Position numbers and translations under genes: made by a program. This document shows positions 18,714-27,035 of a stretch of DNA of 64,000 nt, one piece after another. Below the pieces are notes generated by a model. That model was not told where the DNA came from and made no database searches. It worked only from the letters and a program-made list of their open reading frames with translations. The DNA comes from an uncultured Polyangiaceae bacterium. Its GTDB lineage: Bacteria; Myxococcota_A; Polyangia; Polyangiales; Polyangiaceae. Position 1 is the stretch's first letter. The number at the start of each line of letters is the position of its first letter. The stretch lies in the NCBI GenBank assembly GCA_964648165.1, contig CAZYKT010000001.1:27258-91257 (forward strand), given 5' to 3'.

Positions 18714-19527
18714 ATGCCAGCAGCCAGGGGGACTCGGTCTCCGGACTGCCAACCACGCGGCAGCTGCACCCACCGGGCTTCGTCTTGATCTCCCCCTGTG
18801 GTTCGTCCGCGGCCGCCGTGTCATCGGCCGCGCCGGTTTCGTCAGCCGGAGGCTCCTCGAGCTCGGACGACGAATCTTCCTTCTTGGGGTCGGCTTCTTC
18901 CTTCTTGTCTTGGCTGTCGGCGCCATCGGCGCTCTTCGACTCCGAACCGGCTTCCGAGCCCGAGGCTCCCTCCTTGGGCTTCTCCTTCTTCTTCTCGCCG
19001 GAGAAGACGATGCTGCGCCGGTCGATGACCTCGTTTTGACCGCCCAGAATGATCCTGGTGGGTTGGCCGATGGTGGCATTGGTTCGGCTATCCTTGACCG
19101 TCACCACGTATTCCCCGCAGTCGAAGCCGTGATCGCGGTGGATCTTGAAGGTGTAACGGGTGCGGCTCTCGATTTTGCCCGTGCCGGGATCCAAGAAGCC
19201 GACGTCCACGCTCTCCACCAGGGGTTGTTTGCCCACCATGGGGACATCGCGCGTGATCAACTTGTCTCCGTCGACCATGGCCCGCTCGTAATAGACCTTT
19301 TGGTCGAAGGAGAAGCGCATGGGAAGCGTGGGAACGTCCGGAGGACGGGGCATGTAGATCTTGAGATCGATGTTCCACGAGTTACCGTCGCTTCGAGGCT
19401 TGATGTTCTTGGACGCCCACTCGATGCGACCCGCCGCGAACGCCAGGGTCGCGACCCACAGAACCAGAAGTGCACTGGCTGCACTGAGCAGGGTGCGCTG
19501 CCATTTCCTCGACTCGAAGCTGGACAT
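18658..19527 (-). CDS. Secreted surface protein with MYXO-CTERM sorting tail
   Basis: Signal peptide MSSFESRKWQRTLLSAASALLVLWVATLAFA from the ATG at 19527. This is followed by a beta-rich domain, an acidic/Lys-rich low-complexity linker and the C-terminus GGCSCRVVGSPETESPWLLAFSALGTGLYLARRRRRPV (Cys motif, hydrophobic helix, Arg cluster). Confidence 0.75.
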   Translation of the reverse strand: MSSFESRKWQRTLLSAASALLVLWVATLAFAAGRIEWASKNIKPRSDGNSWNIDLKIYMPRPPDVPTLPMRFSFDQKVYYERAMVDGDKLITRDVPMVGKQPLVESVDVGFLDPGTGKIESRTRYTFKIHRDHGFDCGEYVVTVKDSRTNATIGQPTRIILGGQNEVIDRRSIVFSGEKKKEKPKEGASGSEAGSESKSADGADSQDKKEEADPKKEDSSSELEEPPADETGAADDTAAADEPQGEIKTKPGGCSCRVVGSPETESPWLLAFSALGTGLYLARRRRRPV

Positions 19528-19854
19528 TCTGACCTCCAACGCTTGACCGGACCGGAGTGATGCCATCTCGCAGCAGCGAGAGGAGACCCTTGGCCAACGG
19601 CGAGCCCGCGAACCAAGAAGCCTGTGGCGAAGGCTAGTCGATCCTTCCCAGCGAGCGGAACCCGCCGTGACAGGTCCAGGTTCGTTCGCTGCGACGCAAC
19701 CGCCAAAATCCAACCCAATTGGAAGGGGGCTGGTTCCACCGGCAGAGTTGGCGGTTCGGTCAACCATCCGGAGCGTGGAACCGCCTGAGCCAGTCCTTCA
19801 AGCTCTTCTGGGTCGGGCTCCCGCAATCACGGATCCAGAGCGCCGACGTCCCAG

Positions 19855-20016
19855 GACCGACTCGCTCTATCCGTCAACGCAAGCCAGAGGGACTCGCTCC
19901 GTGCTCGAACGCCAGAGGGACTCGTTCCGGGCTCGAACGCCAGAGGGACTCGCTCCGTGCTCGAACGCCAGAGGGACTCGCTCCGTGCTCGAACGCCAGA
20001 GGGACTCGTTCCGTGC
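19855..20016. repeat. 28-bp direct tandem repeat array, about 5.7 copies, non-coding
   Basis: The unit GCCAGAGGGACTCGCTCCGTGCTCGAAC sits head-to-tail at 19883, 19911, 19939 and 19967, with a truncated copy at 19995 and a degenerate copy at ~19855. Copies 1, 3 and 4 are identical. Copy 2 has C15T and T20G, and copy 5 has C15T. There are no spacers between units. Confidence 0.95.
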
Positions 20017-20017
20017 A

Positions 20018-20458
20018 TCAATGCGTGACGCGGGGACGGGCTGCTTCGAGCTCAGCGATGTTGATGGGCCAGGCCAGGTTTTCTCGATGCCAGGAGCCAT
20101 GGGGGCGCGCGCGCCATTCCACTCGCAACTCGTGAGCCCCCAGCATGGGGGGCAAGGCCAATCCGAGGGTTCGAGTTCGATACCGCGCGGTGTTGGAGCG
20201 ATGAACGAAGACGTCACTGTAGCTCTCCAGGCCGCTCGTGGCAGCAACCAAGGCAAAGCGCACTTCGAACTCGCCGCCAATCTCCTGAACGTCAAGCGAG
20301 AAATAGGCGTGGACCTCCACCGGGATCAACGTCCCTTCCGGGGGACGGGAGCCGGCGCGCACATTGACCTGCTCGACGAGATTGAACAGGGTGACGTTGT
20401 TGGACTGTTGGTCGAGCGAAGAGCCCGAGCAGATCGTCAGAAGATAACAGCGAGGCAC
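20018..20458 (-). CDS. Hypothetical small protein (146 aa), probably beta-rich
   Basis: ORF with protein-like composition (MPRCYLLTICSGSSLDQQSNNVTLFNLVEQVNV...ELRVEWRARPHGSWHRENLAWPINI). No motif recognised. It lies 47 nt downstream of the membrane-protein gene on the same strand. Confidence 0.55.
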   Translation of the reverse strand: MPRCYLLTICSGSSLDQQSNNVTLFNLVEQVNVRAGSRPPEGTLIPVEVHAYFSLDVQEIGGEFEVRFALVAATSGLESYSDVFVHRSNTARYRTRTLGLALPPMLGAHELRVEWRARPHGSWHRENLAWPINIAELEAARPRVTH

Positions 20459-20505
20459 GTCGGCCCTTTACTCCCCAAGGCCCTTCGGCGCACGTCCCTC
20501 TGCTT

Positions 20506-21162
20506 TTAGCCTGGCACTTTTCCTACTGCGAAGGCGACAACGGTGCTGGCCGCTACCGCGTAGAGCAGGGTGCACAAGAGCCACAGCCCAGTGTGCCAAA
20601 CCGCGCGGCGGCGCCGTTGTGCCAGAAAACCTGCCATGTCGAGGGCGCGAAAGAGACCGAACGCCGCCTGGGCGATCAGCATCCCAAGCCCCAAGGCCAC
20701 CGCGAAGGCGACCCAGGGGCCCCCCAGATCGGTTCGCGAGAGACGACTGGCCCAGAGCGTCGCCCGAGCGTTGGGGTCAATCGGCCCAACCAGCCACGGT
20801 GAGCGCAGGACCAGCACGTAACCGAGCCAGGCCAGGGTGGCGCCGACGGCGAGCGGGGTCGCCCATGATGGCCAGCGTTCCGTGCCTGCTTTGGTCCTGC
20901 GGCGGACCAGCCCCAACGATCCGAGCCACGTCATTCCGAGAAGAGCCGAGCCGAGCAGGACTTGAATCCAGACGATCCAGACCGAGCCATCCCAGAGCTC
21001 GGTTAGGGTAGCAAAGAGACGGGCATCGACCAGGACGCTGCCGCTGACCAGCACCTCCAACCAGACGAAGCCGCACCACGCGACGGCCCAGCGCAAGTAC
21101 CGCGTGGCAGCCGACCGCTCCGGTCGCGGGTCTGAGGTGCCAGCTGCGCTACGCTCGGACAT
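20506..21162 (-). CDS. Hypothetical polytopic membrane protein
   Basis: At least five hydrophobic helices (WAVAWCGFVWLEVLVSGSVLV, VWIVWIQVLLGSALLGMTWLGSLGLV, WATPLAVGATLAWLGYVLVL, WVAFAVALGLGMLIAQAAFGLF, LWLLCTLLYAVAASTVVAFAV). The start is either the ATG at 21162 or the GTG at 21198. Confidence 0.55.
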   Translation of the reverse strand: MSERSAAGTSDPRPERSAATRYLRWAVAWCGFVWLEVLVSGSVLVDARLFATLTELWDGSVWIVWIQVLLGSALLGMTWLGSLGLVRRRTKAGTERWPSWATPLAVGATLAWLGYVLVLRSPWLVGPIDPNARATLWASRLSRTDLGGPWVAFAVALGLGMLIAQAAFGLFRALDMAGFLAQRRRRAVWHTGLWLLCTLLYAVAASTVVAFAVGKVPG

Positions 21163-21201
21163 ACTTGACGAACCACGCCAACGCTCCCAGGGTAACACAC
21201 C

Positions 21202-23061
21202 ATGACTGGCCGGTCAGAGCAATCGACGCCCGCGATCGGCCCGCGTTTTCTGCTGGGCAGGCGTCATCCATGGCTGCTTGTGCTCCTCGGCATCGCCTGC
21301 GCCAGTCGGAACAGCGCCGATCAAGAACCGCTTGCCATCCATGCCCAATCGCTCGGTGCGCAGCGAGAAGCCCGTGCCCTGGAGGCCAATTTTGCCAATG
21401 GGTCCGACCCGGATCGGGCGGCACTCGAACCCCTCATTGTGGGCTTCCTCTCACGCTACCCCGAGGACCCGCAGGCGCATCGGATCCGCCTTCGTCTGGC
21501 GTGGCTCCGAATCCAGCAGCACCGCTGGCCCGAGGCGGAGCAACTGGCAAACGAGGTGGCATCAACCGAAAGCGGCAACGTTGCCGACGGAGCCACACTG
21601 GTTCGGGCAGCCATCGCCAACCGTCGGGGACGCTCCCGGGAGGCTCTTGGGTTGTTGCGACCGCTGGCAGGTCGACTGATCGACGAGAACGAACGAGATC
21701 TCTGGGCGCTGGAGTCCGTGCAGGCCTCACTGACCGAGCGGCGTTATGCCGAGGCCATCGACTGGATGACGGCCTGGCGTGTGGATGCCAGCGACGAACA
21801 CGTGGCGTTGGTGGAATCGCAGATTGCTCGGCGCTTGGCCGCAGTACCCCACGGGGTTCTGGAACGTGCCCTCTCGCGGCTGACCCAGGCCACTTCGTTG
21901 GCCACCCTTTCGGCGGCCCGTGCCCGTGGCCGCGAGCGAATGGTCGAACTGGTGAGGGAACGACTCGCCGAGGACGCGCTGCATCGCCAAGACCCGCAGT
22001 TGGCGCGTCGCCTGCTTGACATTGCGCCCCCTCGATTCTCACGCCCCGAAACGGGGGCGCAGCTGTCGCAGCTGGCCCTTTCCGAGCCGCTCAACACCCA
22101 CCTCGCCGCACCGGTCCTGGGGATCGTGTTGGAAATCGACACACCGCTGCTCCGTCGGCGCACGACCGAGTTCGTTGCTGGGGTCGTGCAGACGCTGGAT
22201 GCCCTGGGTGCCGCCTCCACCATCCGCATCGCTACTCGCACCGCTGCTCCCATCGACAGCGGCGAATACCGACATGTGCTGGACGAGCTGATCCAGGAGG
22301 GCGCCGTGGTCGTTGTCAGCGGCCTGTCCTCGGCGTGGGTGCGCGGCGCAGTCGATTGGTTCGTTACCCAACAGCTCGCGCTTCTGTCCCTGGATCCAGT
22401 CGAACCCGTGAAGCTGGAGAATGCCTTCCGGATGGGGATCGAGCGCGATCCAATCCAGCGGGCCTGGCAGTCGGGTGTGGCGGACGCGCGCCCGGACGGA
22501 ATATTGGATGGGGAGCATCCTTTCTGCTCGTCGTCGGGGACCGACTCGGTTTCCGCGCCGCCTGCAGCGGCGACTCGTCGCCCCACGCTGGTGCTCGATG
22601 ACCCACAGTGTTCGGCAACGAAGGCCTGGCACCAAACCACGCGAACCAACCTACCGGCATTGTGGCTGGGTCCCGAAGCGGCATCAATGCTTCCTCTCAT
22701 TCCCAACCGGGTGCCGGTGGGTCTCATTACCAGCCTCCCCTTGAGCCAAGAGCCCCCACCCGAATCCCTGGCCCTCTGGCAACGACGTTTGGGTCGTCAG
22801 CCCACCTGGTACGAGGCCCTGGGACATGACGCGGCCGTGTTGGTTGCTCAGGCACTCGGTCCCTTGCCCGAGGAACCAGTCACCGGTGAGATCCAGGTGC
22901 GGCGAGTGCGGACCGAGGTTGCTGCCCGCTTGCGCGCTGCTCGTGGTGAGCTGTGGACCACCGAGCGGAATGGATTCGAGGGCGGCGATCGCATCCAACG
23001 GCAATGGGTCGTCATGACCCCCGCCTCGACCAAGGCCCGTCGGGGACAGGGGCTGCCGTGA
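21202..23061 (+). CDS. Lipoprotein with an N-terminal helical-repeat region and a C-terminal periplasmic-binding-protein-like region (LpoA-like architecture, tentative)
   Basis: Lipobox LLVLLGIAC near the N-terminus. The helical region contains WPEAEQLANEV and RRYAEAIDWMTAW. The C-terminal half resembles type-1 periplasmic binding folds (LGIVLEIDTPLLRRRTTEFVAGVVQTLDALGA...GAVVVVSGLSS). The function is inferred only. Confidence 0.55.
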   Translation: MTGRSEQSTPAIGPRFLLGRRHPWLLVLLGIACASRNSADQEPLAIHAQSLGAQREARALEANFANGSDPDRAALEPLIVGFLSRYPEDPQAHRIRLRLAWLRIQQHRWPEAEQLANEVASTESGNVADGATLVRAAIANRRGRSREALGLLRPLAGRLIDENERDLWALESVQASLTERRYAEAIDWMTAWRVDASDEHVALVESQIARRLAAVPHGVLERALSRLTQATSLATLSAARARGRERMVELVRERLAEDALHRQDPQLARRLLDIAPPRFSRPETGAQLSQLALSEPLNTHLAAPVLGIVLEIDTPLLRRRTTEFVAGVVQTLDALGAASTIRIATRTAAPIDSGEYRHVLDELIQEGAVVVVSGLSSAWVRGAVDWFVTQQLALLSLDPVEPVKLENAFRMGIERDPIQRAWQSGVADARPDGILDGEHPFCSSSGTDSVSAPPAAATRRPTLVLDDPQCSATKAWHQTTRTNLPALWLGPEAASMLPLIPNRVPVGLITSLPLSQEPPPESLALWQRRLGRQPTWYEALGHDAAVLVAQALGPLPEEPVTGEIQVRRVRTEVAARLRAARGELWTTERNGFEGGDRIQRQWVVMTPASTKARRGQGLP

Positions 23062-23561
23062 CCGAACCCTTGGCCATGGCCCCGCTCAGTGTCGAGCTGC
23101 CCAATCGGCGTGCCACCCGGCACCTGGCCAGGAAGGTGGCCGAAGTCATCCGCGGAGGGGACCTACTGGTCCTGGGCGGCGAACTGGGGGCAGGCAAGAC
23201 GTTTTTCGTTCGGGCCCTGTGTCACGCCCTGGGATTGCCTGCGCGGGTGCGGGTGACCAGCCCAACGTTCACGCTGGTTCATGAGATCCCCACCCACCCG
23301 GCGATCGTTCATTCCGATCTCTACCGGGTCACCTCGCGCCGCGAGGTGGATGAGCTGGGGCTACTTGAGCACCGAGACGGCGGAGCCCTGGTCGTTGTGG
23401 AGTGGGGGGTCCAATGGATCGGAGCCCTGGGCGGCGATGCCTTCTGGTTGGAGCTCCAGAGCAATCCGCGTCGGGGGTTGCTGCGAGCCACCGGCCAACG
23501 TTCCACGGAGGCACTCAAAGCCCTTGGTCATCCGAGCGATGCTAGCAGCGCACCTCGATGA
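23058..23561 (+). CDS. tsaE: tRNA t6A37 biosynthesis ATPase TsaE
   Basis: LGGELGAGKTFFVRAL (P-loop), VTSPTFTLVHE and HSDLYRV. The GTG at 23058 overlaps the upstream stop (GTGA). An alternative ATG lies at 23076. Confidence 0.8.
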   Translation: MTEPLAMAPLSVELPNRRATRHLARKVAEVIRGGDLLVLGGELGAGKTFFVRALCHALGLPARVRVTSPTFTLVHEIPTHPAIVHSDLYRVTSRREVDELGLLEHRDGGALVVVEWGVQWIGALGGDAFWLELQSNPRRGLLRATGQRSTEALKALGHPSDASSAPR

Positions 23562-25218
23562 CGATCCGTGGTGCGAAGGCGTTCTCTCCCCGAGCCACGA
23601 CGATTGAGCTGTTGGGGTGAGCAACCGCCAGGCTCCGCTCGACGATCCCCACCATCCACAGGCGGATCCCCAGACCCGCCGCTTCCAGTTGGGAGATGGT
23701 CAACAAGGCGGCATTGCTGTTTCGACCCTTGTCCACCCGCCAGTCGCCGAAATCGAAGAGCTGACCCAGAAGGGTCCCCAAACGACGCAAGGTGGCCAGT
23801 GGGTGGGAGGGGCTGGACGGGTTTCGAGCCAGGGCTCCGGCCAGGATTCCGTGGATCGCCTCTCGCCCCGCCAAGCGACACCAGTTGGGGTCGCCAGCGA
23901 ATAATTGCTCGGTGGCAAGCTCCACGTATCGGCTGACAACCTCCAAATCATAGTGGACAATTCCCTGAATGGTCCCCTGCAATAGCTCCAGAGCCTGGGG
24001 GTTGGCGATCCGTTCCAGGAGCAGGACTCGAAGCGCCGGTGCCGTGCGAGGCCGCAGGTAGTCGTCCAGGCTCTGCCAGACCATCCCCCGCACGTGATGG
24101 CGGCCGCGAAATCGGGTTGGGATGACACTGGTGGGAACCTCCGGTTCGTATTCGACGTTCAGACTGCCCGCGCGAAGCCGGGTGGCACTGCTGACGCCCG
24201 ATGACAGCGCGGGGGAGGACTGATTCGAGCGGGCATCCTCGGACAACAGCGGGACCGGGGGCAGGGTTGGGATCCCGACCCGGACCGTCCCCGAGTCCAG
24301 CTGCAACGACATGCGCGCTGGCAACAGATCGAACAGGACCTGCTGTGAGGCCACACCCTCCAACAGGAACGGACGCAACTCGTCCAAGAGCTGACGCATG
24401 CCCGGGTATCGCTCGTTGGGGTTCTTGGCCAATCCCCGAGTCACGATGCTGGACAAGGCAGCCAAGCCGGTCCGAGTCCCCTTTTCTTGCAGGCAGGGCG
24501 TCGGAGCGTTCACGATCTTGTAGGCGGTTGCGGCGCTGGTGGGCCCGTGGAAGGGTCGCGAATTGGTCAACAGTTCGAACAGGACCACGCACAGCGAGAA
24601 TACGTCGGAGCGTCGGTCGATGGTCTCCCCACTGGCCTGTTCGGGGGAGAGATACTCGGCCGTCCCGAAGAAATATTGACGCACGCCCGAGGTTCCGGCT
24701 TGGCGTCCCGGTACCAGCGTCCCGAAGTCGAGGAGCTTGACCGTGGGACGGCTGTCGGGCAAGACGGTCAGAAAGACGTTCTCGGGTTTGACATCCCCGT
24801 GAACCAGCCCGGCGTGATGGGCCGCATCGAGGGCCAGGATCACCGGTTCCAGTAGGGCCAGGGCTTGCACGATCTCCAATCGGCCGTGTCGAGCCAGAAC
24901 GCGGGCCGCGTTCTCCCCCTTGAGTTCCTCCATCACGATGAATGGACCGAACTCACCCAAACCGGTCTCGAAGACATCGATGATGTTCGGATGGTGGATC
25001 CGACTCGCCGCCCAGGCACCCTCGAATAGGCGCGACGCCTGTTCGAGATCCCTGGCCACCTCGTGTCGCTGAAGCTTCACCGCTACGGCGCCCCGCGACA
25101 CCTCGTCGATGGCTCGATACACCTCACCGATTCCCCCCGAGCCGATACGCTCGAGGAGTCGATACCGACCAGCCAAGACGCTGCCGACCGTCGGATGGCG
25201 GAAAGGCAACTGTGGCAA
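23542..25218 (-). CDS. Ser/Thr protein kinase with a C-terminal ~200-aa non-kinase domain
   Basis: GSGGIGEVYRA, AVAVKL, HAGLVHGDVKPENVF, LLDFGT and AEYLSPEQ. The C-terminal region (VRGMVWQSLDDYLRP...VVARGENAFAPRIVIEVRC) resembles the myxobacterial DUF2378-type sensor domain from memory; this is unverified. Confidence 0.9.
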   Translation of the reverse strand: MPQLPFRHPTVGSVLAGRYRLLERIGSGGIGEVYRAIDEVSRGAVAVKLQRHEVARDLEQASRLFEGAWAASRIHHPNIIDVFETGLGEFGPFIVMEELKGENAARVLARHGRLEIVQALALLEPVILALDAAHHAGLVHGDVKPENVFLTVLPDSRPTVKLLDFGTLVPGRQAGTSGVRQYFFGTAEYLSPEQASGETIDRRSDVFSLCVVLFELLTNSRPFHGPTSAATAYKIVNAPTPCLQEKGTRTGLAALSSIVTRGLAKNPNERYPGMRQLLDELRPFLLEGVASQQVLFDLLPARMSLQLDSGTVRVGIPTLPPVPLLSEDARSNQSSPALSSGVSSATRLRAGSLNVEYEPEVPTSVIPTRFRGRHHVRGMVWQSLDDYLRPRTAPALRVLLLERIANPQALELLQGTIQGIVHYDLEVVSRYVELATEQLFAGDPNWCRLAGREAIHGILAGALARNPSSPSHPLATLRRLGTLLGQLFDFGDWRVDKGRNSNAALLTISQLEAAGLGIRLWMVGIVERSLAVAHPNSSIVVARGENAFAPRIVIEVRC

Positions 25219-25296
25219 TCGAGTTCAGCATACCGTAACTTCCTCTGGTTCGTGAACGGCCATAAGCGACCCCCCGGCTGGCGGCTCTGGCGTTCG

Positions 25297-26304
25297 GTGT
25301 CGCGGCATCGAACCACCCGTCGTGCCGTTTTCTGGGTCGTCTCTGACGCCCTGCAATCGATACCCACGGTGAATGACTGCGCCTGCTGCGGCGCGCGAGC
25401 CGATCTCTCGAGGCGCGAAAGCCGGGCCGATGGTGGTGTTACTGTAATGGTCCCCTACTGCCGAGCCTGCATGGAGCATGCAGCGCGACCTCGGCTGCTG
25501 GGTCTCGCCGCCGTTCTTGCCTCTGTGCTCTTGGGTTCGTCCGCGGCGGCGTTGCTGTCCCTGGTGGCCTTCCTCGACGTTTTGTGGGTTGGAACGGTCG
25601 CGATGGCCTTGGCGCTCACGCCCCTGGCCATCGCTTCGGTCCTGTCCATATCGCGACGGCCCGGGCATCGCGCGGCAGGGCGAGCTGCCTTCTTTGTCGC
25701 AGATGGGCTGGCCTGTGCCAGCCGTTCCTGGGCAATCCATCTGGCGCCCGAGCAGGGGAGTGCCGGGATGGTGCGCAGACGCCTTCGGGAACCGCTGCAC
25801 GGACCCTACAGCGTGGCCGGGCCCATCCTTTCTGTCTTTCTTTGCTGGTTCTTCCACGATCTGTTCAACCCTCTGGTCACCGTGCTGAACTTCGGCGACG
25901 AACCGGGAGTCCTCTGGGTCGATGGCCATCGGCTCGGAGTGGTGGCTCCTTCGACTGGGGAGAGCCCTTTCGCCGGCCAGCAGTTCCGGATCCCCTTCGG
26001 TCGCCGCGAGCTCGAATTCGCGGCCGCAGGCGGCACCGCGCTCTTGCACGCTTTGGTCAGGGTCCGCCCCGGCCATCGCCACCTTTTCGCGCCGGGGTCT
26101 CGGCCGGGGTGTTTTGCGATCCAGCGCTATTCATTCGGGCGGGTGCAAGGCCCCGAACCTGGCGCGGCCCCGCTCACCTCGGACGCACGTTTCTGGTCGA
26201 TCCCCAACGATGTGGATCTGTGGTTTGCGGCTCCCCCTTCGAGCAAGGACAGCCGCTCGACCGGGGGTCTGGTGACGGTCCTTCGCCAGGGCCAGTGTCG
26301 CTGA
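25297..26304 (+). CDS. Hypothetical membrane protein with an N-terminal Cys-cluster (zinc-ribbon-like)
   Basis: CACCGARAD...YCRACMEH is followed by two or three TM helices (LLGLAAVLASVLLGSSAAALLSLVAFL, VGTVAMALALTPLAIASVL) and a soluble C-terminal domain. ORF 25063..26304 overlaps the divergent kinase start, so I chose the GTG at 25297. The start is uncertain. Confidence 0.5.
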   Translation: MSRHRTTRRAVFWVVSDALQSIPTVNDCACCGARADLSRRESRADGGVTVMVPYCRACMEHAARPRLLGLAAVLASVLLGSSAAALLSLVAFLDVLWVGTVAMALALTPLAIASVLSISRRPGHRAAGRAAFFVADGLACASRSWAIHLAPEQGSAGMVRRRLREPLHGPYSVAGPILSVFLCWFFHDLFNPLVTVLNFGDEPGVLWVDGHRLGVVAPSTGESPFAGQQFRIPFGRRELEFAAAGGTALLHALVRVRPGHRHLFAPGSRPGCFAIQRYSFGRVQGPEPGAAPLTSDARFWSIPNDVDLWFAAPPSSKDSRSTGGLVTVLRQGQCR

Positions 26305-26334
26305 CCACCAGGCTCAGCTTTCCCGCCACGCCCA

Positions 26335-26362
26335 TTGGCAGCGTCGGTTTCGTGGATATAGT
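26335..26362 (+). promoter_or_regulatory. Sigma-70-like promoter immediately upstream of grpE
   Basis: TTGGCA (26335..26340), a 16-nt spacer, then TATAGT (26357..26362). This is an AT-rich patch in otherwise GC-rich DNA. The grpE GTG lies only 10 nt after the -10 box and has no SD. Confidence 0.35.
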
Positions 26363-26371
26363 TTCCCCACC

Positions 26372-26977
26372 GTGACTTGCACCAGCCAACCACCCGATGT
26401 GCCAACGAACCAGAACGACGCGACCGCCGACGCAGGCGACGTGGGTGACGGCGATTCTCCCCGGGTCAGCGAGCCGACAGACACGGCTAGCGAGAACGGA
26501 GGTGATGAACCTGCCCTTCGCGACGAGAACGCGCGTCTCAAGGACCAACTTTTGCGCGTTGCCGCGGATTTCGACAACTATCGGAAACGGTCGCGTCGCG
26601 AGATGGCAGACGCGGAGCGGTCCGCGAGAGAGGAGGTGTTGCGCGGGTTGCTTCCAGTGTTCGATAACCTAGCCCGGGCGGAACAACACGCGAGTCAAGC
26701 CACGAACGTCCAATCCCTCGCCGAGGGCATCCAGATGGTCCTGAACCAGTTCACCGAGATCCTGGAGCGTCTCGGTGTAACTCGCATCGCTTCTGTGGGA
26801 GAACCCTTCGATCCTGCCATTCATGAGGCCGTCCAGCAGGTCGAGAGCCTTGACGTCCCATCGGGATGCATTGCGGCTGAGCTGCTCGCCGGCTACCGGT
26901 ACGGGGATCGATTGGTCCGGCCGGCCATGGTCGTGGTGGCCAAGGCACCCTTGGTCGACCCGTCTGGTACCGCCTGA
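26372..26977 (+). CDS. grpE: Nucleotide exchange factor GrpE
   Basis: LRDENARLKDQLLRVAADFDNYRKRSRRE plus the C-terminal beta-domain block FDPAIHEAV...GYRYGDRLVRPAMVVV. Confidence 0.9.
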   Translation: MTCTSQPPDVPTNQNDATADAGDVGDGDSPRVSEPTDTASENGGDEPALRDENARLKDQLLRVAADFDNYRKRSRREMADAERSAREEVLRGLLPVFDNLARAEQHASQATNVQSLAEGIQMVLNQFTEILERLGVTRIASVGEPFDPAIHEAVQQVESLDVPSGCIAAELLAGYRYGDRLVRPAMVVVAKAPLVDPSGTA

Positions 26978-27035
26978 CCGGTTCGTGCGCGTGATCACTC
27001 CTGCTTCAGGCCGCTAACTGTATGCTGAGGCGCCC

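Noticed and set aside
19883-20016. Possible CRISPR array
   Set aside because: The 28-bp units abut directly with no spacers, no cas genes are in the window, and the units lack the usual terminal palindromy. I classify it as a plain tandem repeat.
19667-20509. 280-aa and 138-aa plus-strand ORFs giving a repeated peptide (RGTRSVLERQRDSFRA)
   Set aside because: The periodic peptide is a by-product of translating the 28-bp array, which cycles through all three frames. The ORFs also run antisense through the 146-aa gene.
25063-25296. N-terminal 78 codons of ORF 25063..26304
   Set aside because: Using them would make this gene overlap the 5' end of the divergent kinase gene by 156 nt. The sequence there mirrors the kinase coding strand. 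I chose a downstream GTG.
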